The notes beneath the pieces are model-generated. The model worked only from the letters and a program-made list of their open reading frames with translations. It had not been told where the DNA came from and made no database searches. Of a stretch of DNA of 64,000 nt, positions 31,836-40,363 are shown one piece after another. The position numbers and the translations under genes are program-made. This stretch comes from Andalucia godoyi And28 (lineage: Eukaryota; Protista; Jakobida). Within the stretch, counting starts at the first letter, position 1; every line of letters starts with the position of its first letter. The stretch is taken from the NCBI GenBank assembly GCA_009859145.1, contig VRVR01000035.1, positions 37,978 through 101,977 of the forward strand, in the 5' to 3' direction.

Positions 31836-34343
31836 CTATTCAAAAGAAGAATTTTCTCCGGAAGCAAGAACTTCTCGGGCGGTCGCGACGACATTCTCCA
31901 CAAGCACTTGCATCGGAGAGAGGTTTCGTTGTCTGGCCGCCTCAAAGACTCTCATGCTTGCGCGCCTCCAGAGATAGAGACCGAATGGCATGCGGTTGGA
32001 AGGATCGGCAAGCAAAAGCACTTGCAAACCCATAAGGAAGTTCGCCACGACCGCATCCTCTTCGGCTACAATGTCCAAGGTACGCTGATTTTCAGCAATG
32101 GAAAAGCACAACCAGGGCCGATAGACTGCCACCTTGCCTCGTCTGAACGTGGACGAGTCGGCTCCGAGTAGAATATTGGAAATATCACTGAGCTTCAAAT
32201 GCGAATACGTCTTTTCGTTCGGCTTCTTGCCCCAGCACAACATCTCGCAGTCCTGAGTAAGAAACAGGAACCTTCGAACAGGCTTTCCGTCGGAAAAGTT
32301 CAGTTTCGTGACCATTGCACCGCGCATCATTCCCAAAACCCAGTCTCGCTCACGGACTGTGCGTGCATTATCCAGTCGGGTGCCCGTCGGTGCAAACACG
32401 GGTTGGGCGACCAGCTCCGGCGCCACTGTTCCGCCAGGGTATGCTAGCATCGTCGACCCAAACTGCGAGTCGTCACGCACAAGCCCTGGTCGCTCAAAGG
32501 GCCTCGAAGACGGCGCAGTTGTTGACGCACCGGACGTGGGCTCTTCCTCTTCAGAAAACCGCACACTTCGCTCTGACATCGCTGGGGTGTCCACCGTGTC
32601 TCCATTCGACGATGACATTGACTGCGTCCGACCAGTTGCTTCTTGCGTCGGCACACGTCCGGTAGACGAGTCAGGTGATGCAGATGTCGATGATGCAGAT
32701 GTCGATGGTGATGACGATGGGACAATAAGGGGTTCCGGTTTTTGCGGTGGGGACGATGCAGCCTCTTCATTGTTTTGCCTTGAAGCCTCAGTACCAGGAG
32801 GCGGCGGTGCCGATGAGGATGGCGCAGATTGCGATTCTGCATCAACGTTTGCCGGTTGCACCTGTTGTTGAGGCTGAGGCTGTTGCTGAGGCTGTTGCTG
32901 AGGCTGTGGCTGAGGCTGTGGCTGAGGCTGTGGTTGTGGTTCCTTCTGGGGAGTAGAGGGAGCCGGCTCCAGCATGGATCTCAGTTTCCTGCGTTCGTCA
33001 TCCCTCTGCCTCTGTCGCTCTGCCTCCTTTGCGAAAAACTCCTCAAAATCATCATTCTTTCTCTCTTCTTCTCTCCGATCCTGTTCTCTCTTTCGCTCTC
33101 GCTCTCTTTCTTCTCGATACGAACGCTCCTGAGTTCTCTCTCGCTCTCTCTCTTCCTCTTCTTTCCTACTCAGTTCTGCCAGCGCACTGACACTTCCACC
33201 GAGTTGCTGTGCCTGCCTTTGGTTGTCCTCTTCAAGCAATTCATATCTGCGATCCGCATACATTTTGTTGCGCTCCTTGAGCCCCCTGAGCTCCTGCTGC
33301 GCAGCCTCCAACTGAATCGCCAGCACATCGCGCTCGGCCACAAGGCTTCGAATCGCCAATGCAACCTTTGGATCCTGCGCCTCGACAAACGACAGAGAGG
33401 AATCACTTTCAAACGAGGAGGCCACCGAGTGTTTTCCAGATCCGCTTGCACTTCCGTCCACGTTTACACTGCGATAACGACCCGTCAGCAGCTGCAGCTC
33501 TGTGTTTTCCCGTTGCAACTCGGCCAGTGCACTTCGCAAATGAGAATTCTCAATCCGAAGCGCATCCGTCTCGGACGTCAGCATGTTTCTCGGGGATCCT
33601 GGTCCACCTCCTCCAAACCCCACCCCTGTTCCTGCTCCTGCTCCTGCTCCAGAGGCAGAGGAGGCGGTAGAAGCAAAGGCTGGTTTTCGCGGCGGCGATC
33701 GTGCAGGCGGTCCCATTGGTACTTCTGAATCGTACTCGAGAGCTCGGAGTCGAGCACGAAGATCTGCAGACTGCACGCTCAACGACGCTACCGAAGCAGT
33801 GCTGCCATGATGCTGATGCTGGTAATGTCCGCTTCTAGGTCCCGGGATATTCTGTGCAAACGACTCTGAGAGCTGTGCATACGAAAGCGGATCTCGTGAC
33901 ACCGGATACGCCCTGGATCCACCACCCGTACCACCATTCACCGTCGACACACCCAACCCGCCGGACGAAGCGCTATTGGAAGTAGTCGTCGCAACAAGAG
34001 AGTCCTGAAGCCGCGCAAGCTGTGCACGAAGATCGCGGTAGTCTGATCTTATGCTTTCCATATCTGCAGGTGCCCTGCTTGACGCGGATCGTCGCGGCGG
34101 AGATACACCACGGGCATACGCACCGGATCCCAGATATGAAGACGAACCTGAAGCGGAGGCTGAGGATGAGGATGAGGATGAAAGCGTTGTTGGGAAGTAG
34201 CGGGATGAGGAGGCTCGAGTCGGAGACACGTATCCACTAGAAAGCACAGTAGACATCGCACCTTGTGATGCATAAGGAGAGGATAATCCTGTCGACGACG
34301 ACGATGATGAAGCAGCGCCAGCCGAATACGGAGACCGATACAT
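31836..34343 (-). CDS. Ser-rich / coiled-coil protein with C-terminal PLC/PRAF-type PH domain
   Basis: GAMVTKLNFSDGKPVRRFLFL...LCWGKK...LKLSDISNILLGADSSTF...CFSI...RTLDIVAE...FLMGLQVLL; heptad-rich central region; PQ repeats. Confidence 0.75.
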   Translation of the reverse strand: MYRSPYSAGAASSSSSSTGLSSPYASQGAMSTVLSSGYVSPTRASSSRYFPTTLSSSSSSSASASGSSSYLGSGAYARGVSPPRRSASSRAPADMESIRSDYRDLRAQLARLQDSLVATTTSNSASSGGLGVSTVNGGTGGGSRAYPVSRDPLSYAQLSESFAQNIPGPRSGHYQHQHHGSTASVASLSVQSADLRARLRALEYDSEVPMGPPARSPPRKPAFASTASSASGAGAGAGTGVGFGGGGPGSPRNMLTSETDALRIENSHLRSALAELQRENTELQLLTGRYRSVNVDGSASGSGKHSVASSFESDSSLSFVEAQDPKVALAIRSLVAERDVLAIQLEAAQQELRGLKERNKMYADRRYELLEEDNQRQAQQLGGSVSALAELSRKEEEERERERTQERSYREERERERKREQDRREEERKNDDFEEFFAKEAERQRQRDDERRKLRSMLEPAPSTPQKEPQPQPQPQPQPQPQQQPQQQPQPQQQVQPANVDAESQSAPSSSAPPPPGTEASRQNNEEAASSPPQKPEPLIVPSSSPSTSASSTSASPDSSTGRVPTQEATGRTQSMSSSNGDTVDTPAMSERSVRFSEEEEPTSGASTTAPSSRPFERPGLVRDDSQFGSTMLAYPGGTVAPELVAQPVFAPTGTRLDNARTVRERDWVLGMMRGAMVTKLNFSDGKPVRRFLFLTQDCEMLCWGKKPNEKTYSHLKLSDISNILLGADSSTFRRGKVAVYRPWLCFSIAENQRTLDIVAEEDAVVANFLMGLQVLLLADPSNRMPFGLYLWRRASMRVFEAARQRNLSPMQVLVENVVATAREVLASGENSSFE

Positions 34344-34844
34344 TTTTTTATGTTTCTGTCGAGGCTTATCTTTGTTGTTGTTGTTTTTCCTTCTGTAACT
34401 GTACTGCTACCGACTCTGTTTGAAATCCAACTCTTCTTAATGGACGAGACAAGACGCACGACGTAAGAAAAGACAAGATGCAAAGACGAAAAGAAATAAA
34501 CGAAGCGAAAACGGAACGAAAAACAAAAGGAGAAAAAGAAGCCGTTGCTGCATGGAGACTGCAGCCTCAAAGCATCAATTCTACACTTTGCGGGGGATGG
34601 GTGAGATTTCCTTCGATCGATTGCATCAATACGAATTGATTCTAATTGGTACTATTGCAGGATCAATCGTCCCAGGGCTCTCTACGTTTAGGGTTTCACC
34701 TAATAGAACGCAATAGGAATAGTTTCCGTGATTCTGCAGGCTTTGGCAATGAGCGTTGCATTCCTTCGTTGCGCAAAGTCCTCATTTCTGCTTCTTCTCT
34801 TTCTTATTCTTTCATTATATTTTTCTTTCTTCCATTCTCGCATT

Positions 34845-34900
34845 TCTCAGTCTCAGTCTCAGTCTCAGTCTCTGTCTTTGTCTTTGTCTTTGTCTCTGTA
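34845..34900. repeat. Hexamer repeats (CTCAGT)n/(CTTTGT)n in a divergent intergenic region
   Basis: Directly visible tandem hexamers. Confidence 0.7.
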
Positions 34901-35067
34901 GGTTCCAATTATTTTATTTTCTTGCTTCGTTTCAAGCTCAAGTTGAAGCATTTTCTATTATTTAATTGTTTTACTTAATTATTATTATTATTTTTTAATT
35001 TATAGATCCATTGTTTTTATTGAGTTTGGTGGCGAATACCTTGAGAGTGTTTTCGGCGAGTACGAGG

Positions 35068-38000
35068 ATGGGATCGATGCAGACGTTTCCGTCTTCCTCA
35101 GCGTCCAAAGTACCGGCTGCGACCCCGTCGACTCGTCCTGTTCTTTTCCCTCCTTCTTCCTCATCGGCTATTTCTCTCCAAAGCACCGACAGCAACAGCA
35201 GTAGTAGCAGCATTATCAACAGTAATAATAGGGGTGGGAGTGGTTCTTCTACAATAACACCTACTACTACTACTACTACTACTACTACGACGACGACGAC
35301 GACGACGACGACGGTGGCGACTCCTTCTTCTTCTTCTTTTTCAATTACTGCTTCTGCACCGATGATGAGCACGAGTCATAGTACCAGGACAGGCGGTACA
35401 GCCGATGCGAGCAGTGGCGGTGGGGCGTCGCATGCAGTTCCATATCCTACACTTGTGAGCAATCCGACGACTGCCCACTCTCTGTTCTCTTCAAACCATG
35501 TTGCAACCGGACCTTCAAACGTGGTTCGTCGTCGGTACGCCAGGAAACACGCGCCCACGGCTGCGTCCTCGGTTCCGTGTTCCTCTCCTCTGCACTCAAC
35601 GACAGCCTCTACAGCAGGGAATGCTGACATCGGTAGCAGCAGCAGCAACAATGGTGGCAGTGGAACGGGCGCGAATCGCTCTAACAGGGGATGGAAAGGG
35701 CGGATGTGCTGGCCGCCGCTGGGATCGCCTTCCTCGAGGCTGCTGCTGCCTGCTGTAGGTGTAAGTGCCCCCAAGAGCGAAACAGCATCATCCCCATTAT
35801 TGGCTGACCGTAGTGCTGCCCTCAAGGAGGAAATTCCCCGACATCCATCATCGGTCCGCAGTGATAAGAATAGCACGCTTTTTGCTCGTAGTGGTTTCGG
35901 GAGCGCTGATTCGTCAGTGCTGACGGTTACTCTTCATCCCACAACAACCACAACCAACACCACGACCACGAGTACCGCGACAGACCAAGCTCTTCTTCCC
36001 GGTTCCTCCACACTTTCCACGTCATCCGTTCTGTCTCCGTTCAAGAAATTTTCATTTGTTTGCTCCTCGTCCACTCCTCCCTCTTCTTCTTCTCTCACTC
36101 CTACTACTATAACTGCTGCTACTGTTTCTTCTTCTTCTTCTTCGACTTCTTTTTCCAGCGGTGCTGTAGGTAGGGTTGACGGCTCGAATTCGACTCTAAA
36201 TTCCCGAGACGTTGTTTTGCAAATGGCGAGAGCCGATCCAGAGATTCAGCCGCTTGTCAAAGAGGCAATAGAGAGAGGACTCGTCGCGGACCTTCCTCTC
36301 AATCGTCGTCGCCGACATGATGATGACGATGATGGTGTTGACGCGTTGAATGACAATGCAAAGGATGAAGAAGAAGGAGATGATAATCTTGAAGATATGA
36401 TTATTCAAGCTGAACGAGATATTGCGGTTACTCCGAGAAAGCGTTTCAGGAGAAAAGGTACCAGCAAGAGTGAGAGTGAAAAGGATGGACATGAGCTGGT
36501 GCTTCCAGAGACGTTTGTGCCTGTGTTTCATCTGACGGAAGCAGATATGAAGGATTTCGAGGCAACTATTCTCCGAATCCATCGTCAGTGCTCGCCGCAG
36601 TTTGGTGTCGCAAAGCTCGTGCCTCCCAAAGAATGGCGAGACAATCTCGATAGACTTGTGTTTCACCAACTGCGTGCTACACCGAGTGGCAAATACCGTA
36701 TTCAGGAGATCTTGAAGAGGCAACAGCAGTCGTCTTCTTCGTCCTCCTCTTTATCTTCGTCTTTATCATCGAATACTAAAGTCAGCAACAGCGAGGGTGT
36801 TTCAGAAGGGAGTACTCCGGTCAAGGTTCAGCCTGCCCTTCCAAAGTCTCCGGCCAAAGTAGGTACTCCGACAAAAGGCAGTCGCAAGGTCGAATTCGAC
36901 GCCGAGATTCTCGATGAGCTCTGGGACGACATGATATCAAAGATACCGCTTGGAAGCCCGCTGACAGAGTATGTTGGTCGAGGCCAGCGTTTGCCGGGAT
37001 CTTACAAGATGTTGGTAGCATACGAATACCCGCACATGTCGGTCCGAGACTTTGCTGCGACAGTCGATGCAGACACATTTCCCCCCATTGAAATGGATTC
37101 TCTGTCTCCAGATGCGTTGCTTGGGATCGAAAAGGAGTATTGGGCACAGATGGAGAAGTATGCAGGTGCAAAGGAAGAGATTGCCGTCTACGGATGCGAT
37201 GTGCGCCGAACATTGTTTCCACCCTCTTGTAACCAGTTTAACTTGTCTTGTTTGCCTTCTTTGCTTACCCGCGTTGGAGGAAGAGCGATGGCAATTCCAG
37301 GTGTTGATAACCCGTACTTGTATTTTGGAACGCGGCACTCAACGTTTGCGATGCACACAGAGGACTGCGAACTCTTTTCAATCAATTACTTGTGGTTTGG
37401 CGATCCAAAGATTTGGTATGCCGGTGCACCGAAGGATTACTACAGGATTCGATCGCTGTTCCGGAAAATGTATCCCGAACTGCGAGCGGAAGACAAGGAG
37501 TTTATGAGGTACAAACAATGCGTTGCACACCCGGGGTTGATGCTTCGCGAAGGAATTTCCGTCGCAAAGGCAGTTCAGGGACCAGGAGAGTTTGTGGTCA
37601 CGTTTCCTCATGGTTTTCACGGCGGATTCAATTCGGGATGGAACTGTGCAGAGGCCGTCAACTTCGCCACACGCGACTGGATTGCATTCGGAAAGCTTGC
37701 TCATCACGCAGCAACCGACGAGAATGCAGTCTACGTTGAGCCGCATGTCATGGAAAAGATCGAAAAATCCTCTATGGAGCAACGGGCCGAGGCAAAGACG
37801 GCGGAACGTTCACACTTTGATATTTTCCACGACGTCTTTGCACCCAAACCTGTCGATCCATGCAATGGCATGTTGAAGTACGAAGGAGACTTTTTGTTTT
37901 CGTTTGATCTTGATCCGACTTTGCTTGTCCCTGGAGCCCAGAACTCCGGCACGCTCGGTCTAAACCCGCTGCAATCATCCTCATCGTCGTCGTCGTCGTC

Positions 38001-38115
38001 GACTGCGACTGCTGCTGATGCAGAACCGCAAAATGTGGGTAGCATGTTTTCAGAAGACACTGGGGGAAGACGGCTCCGTTCTCGAAAGCGACTTCTTGAA
38101 GAAGCAAATCTGTGA
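35068..38115 (+). CDS. JmjN/JmjC histone demethylase, KDM4/JMJD2-like, with long Ser/Thr low-complexity N-terminus
   Basis: JmjN VPVFHLTEADMKDF...FGVAKLVPPKEW. JmjC VYGCD, IPGVDNPYLYFG, STFAMHTED, SINYLWFGDPKIWY, QGPGEFVVTFPHGFHGGFNSGWNCAEAVNFA. Fe ligands H-x-E...H are intact. Confidence 0.88.
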   Translation: MGSMQTFPSSSASKVPAATPSTRPVLFPPSSSSAISLQSTDSNSSSSSIINSNNRGGSGSSTITPTTTTTTTTTTTTTTTTTVATPSSSSFSITASAPMMSTSHSTRTGGTADASSGGGASHAVPYPTLVSNPTTAHSLFSSNHVATGPSNVVRRRYARKHAPTAASSVPCSSPLHSTTASTAGNADIGSSSSNNGGSGTGANRSNRGWKGRMCWPPLGSPSSRLLLPAVGVSAPKSETASSPLLADRSAALKEEIPRHPSSVRSDKNSTLFARSGFGSADSSVLTVTLHPTTTTTNTTTTSTATDQALLPGSSTLSTSSVLSPFKKFSFVCSSSTPPSSSSLTPTTITAATVSSSSSSTSFSSGAVGRVDGSNSTLNSRDVVLQMARADPEIQPLVKEAIERGLVADLPLNRRRRHDDDDDGVDALNDNAKDEEEGDDNLEDMIIQAERDIAVTPRKRFRRKGTSKSESEKDGHELVLPETFVPVFHLTEADMKDFEATILRIHRQCSPQFGVAKLVPPKEWRDNLDRLVFHQLRATPSGKYRIQEILKRQQQSSSSSSSLSSSLSSNTKVSNSEGVSEGSTPVKVQPALPKSPAKVGTPTKGSRKVEFDAEILDELWDDMISKIPLGSPLTEYVGRGQRLPGSYKMLVAYEYPHMSVRDFAATVDADTFPPIEMDSLSPDALLGIEKEYWAQMEKYAGAKEEIAVYGCDVRRTLFPPSCNQFNLSCLPSLLTRVGGRAMAIPGVDNPYLYFGTRHSTFAMHTEDCELFSINYLWFGDPKIWYAGAPKDYYRIRSLFRKMYPELRAEDKEFMRYKQCVAHPGLMLREGISVAKAVQGPGEFVVTFPHGFHGGFNSGWNCAEAVNFATRDWIAFGKLAHHAATDENAVYVEPHVMEKIEKSSMEQRAEAKTAERSHFDIFHDVFAPKPVDPCNGMLKYEGDFLFSFDLDPTLLVPGAQNSGTLGLNPLQSSSSSSSSSTATAADAEPQNVGSMFSEDTGGRRLRSRKRLLEEANL

Positions 38116-39209
38116 GTCTTTACGTTATGTTTTGTCCCAAATTCTAGATTTTGAAGCTATGTTTTCTCTTCGTTTTTCTTTTTCTTTTTCTTTTTCTTTT
38201 TCTTTTTCTTTTTTTTTTTAATAAATTAATTGATTAAATTAATGGTTGCGGTTTTGATGTGATTTTGTGTCTGTTTTTGACTTTGTTTTTTCGTCTGAGA
38301 GCAATATGTACAGTCTTGTGTGTACCGTGATAGAAAGAAAGAGGACGAGGGAGAGTAGGACGAGGGGCGTTGAAGACTCTCCAGATACACGTTTTCCGAC
38401 TCCACAGTGGACCAGGGGAGGTTCATTTGCAGCCCCGATTCCAATCCCCAGAAGCACGACCAGGCAAAAGCAAGGAATAGGAATCCGACCGTCCCGACTG
38501 TCCGACCAGATCGCCCGAGACCACGCCGTCTCACCACACCAGTACCCTTTGCACAAGCAAAAACGACTTTGTGTCGGAGATACCGAAGCATCCTTCTCCA
38601 TCAAACGCACTGAATGCTCAGTCGCCGCCGATTTCCGCATCCCAGCAAAACGTTACCCTCGCCAAAAACATGAATCATCATTGAAACATCGGCCAAACTG
38701 TCACCAAAGACAGCTCCAGTTTGGGTGAGAGCACCAACTCTTTCCACGAAGATTCCTCTGCATCTTCGATTATACCTATATAAAACACAAATAGAAAAAT
38801 AACAGAATAAAAAGAAATTCTAGACTTGACTACGGTAGGAAAAAAATCGTAGTGTTTGATGATACACAAAAGAAAAAAACGGTCAGCCCATCCTAAATAA
38901 GCCCACTCCCAAAAACAATCCTCTTTCCTGCTGCTCCATGCATTGCGAACCCTCAATTGCAGTTTTTCTGGTTGCTTTCCTTTGGTTTCCGTTTCCTATT
39001 CCAATTTGTTATTTTCTTCTTCCTTAAAGTTTTATTTAATTACCTCTTTTTTTTTTTTTGTTTATTTGTTTATTTGTTTATATAGTGATTCATATTTTTT
39101 CCCTCTGTGCTTTTTTTAAATTTTGGTTTGGTTATTTCTCGCGCGCGCGTGTGTTTTGGTTTGTATAGAGAGAGAGTACTCCTGCTTAAACATACAACGA
39201 ATCCAAGGA

Positions 39210-39998
39210 ATGGGTCTCAATCCGTCAAAGATGGTCCAGCGTAAGCTGTCCGGGATGTACAGTTCGCGGTCAAATATGACTGGCGGTGCAAAACAGAGCG
39301 ACTTATCAAAGAAGCGCGCAAAGTCGTATTATGAACAGCGCAAGATAGACAAGGAAGAAAAACAAAAGGGGAGAGTAGCGCCGTTGCCGATGGATTTGCT
39401 TGAATCATATCTCGAAGCTGTGAAGCAGCACGACGAATGCAAAAACTCTGGGAAGTCCTATTTGGTTTCTAAAAACAAGCCAAGGTCGTTGTCGTCGAGA
39501 AGCGTGAAGACGAAGAACCAAGACAACATTGAGACCGTGGAGATGGCAAGGATATCAAAGTCTGCTGGGTGGAAAAGCGCTCATGATCTTCATCTTGATC
39601 TTCATATTGGTGTGGAGGACCACACGAGCATTGTGAAAGAGATGGACTGCTTCGTGTCCACGCTGCCGAGTCTTGTTGTGGATGAGGTGGACTGCATTTC
39701 AGAGTTACCAAATCCAAACTGCGACGCCGACGATAGCGAGTGTGGGGATTTGGAGGTTCTTCCCTCGTACAGAACCGACTCTTCAGCTTCAACTCTCGCT
39801 ACTCCAAGCTCATTTGAGCGGCAACAGCAAGACACCAGCGAATGTACAGCATGTGTCGAAAAAAACGAATCATCCTCAGACGGTGAGTTGGGAGAGAGTG
39901 AAAGCGGCTTGCTCTCGACGCATGATGGATCTCTCAACTCGGAACCCATCATTGCAAGCACCGCTCCTGCTGCAAACAATGTAATATCGCTAATTTAA
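39210..39998 (+). CDS. Hypothetical protein, predicted N-myristoylated (MGLNPSK), basic N-half and Ser/acidic C-half
   Basis: 262-codon ORF flanked by AT-rich UTR-like DNA; no recognised domain. Confidence 0.6.
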   Translation: MGLNPSKMVQRKLSGMYSSRSNMTGGAKQSDLSKKRAKSYYEQRKIDKEEKQKGRVAPLPMDLLESYLEAVKQHDECKNSGKSYLVSKNKPRSLSSRSVKTKNQDNIETVEMARISKSAGWKSAHDLHLDLHIGVEDHTSIVKEMDCFVSTLPSLVVDEVDCISELPNPNCDADDSECGDLEVLPSYRTDSSASTLATPSSFERQQQDTSECTACVEKNESSSDGELGESESGLLSTHDGSLNSEPIIASTAPAANNVISLI

Positions 39999-40363
39999 AT
40001 TCTGATTTCAGTTTCCTCCTTCATTCCTCCAAAAACTCTGAGCCTGTCGTAGCCATGATGCCCAACGACCGTAGACCACATTTGCGCGAAACTTTTTCAA
40101 CAACCAAAAAATATATATATGAAAGCTCGCAAAGAACACGAAAGGCGTCGTCTTTCTTCGTTTAAAGCCTCGTTCTTTATGTATTTGGTTTAGCTGCTGT
40201 TGTTTTTCTTTCCCGCTTCTTTGTCGTTCCTTCCTTCTTGTTTTTTACATAGTAATTTGTTTTTTTGCTTTTTTGATTATTACTATTGTTATTGTTCTTC
40301 TTGGGGAGAGGGCACGGGTTGAGCAAGTTCGGTTGGGATACAGATCGAGAGCGAGTGGAGGAG

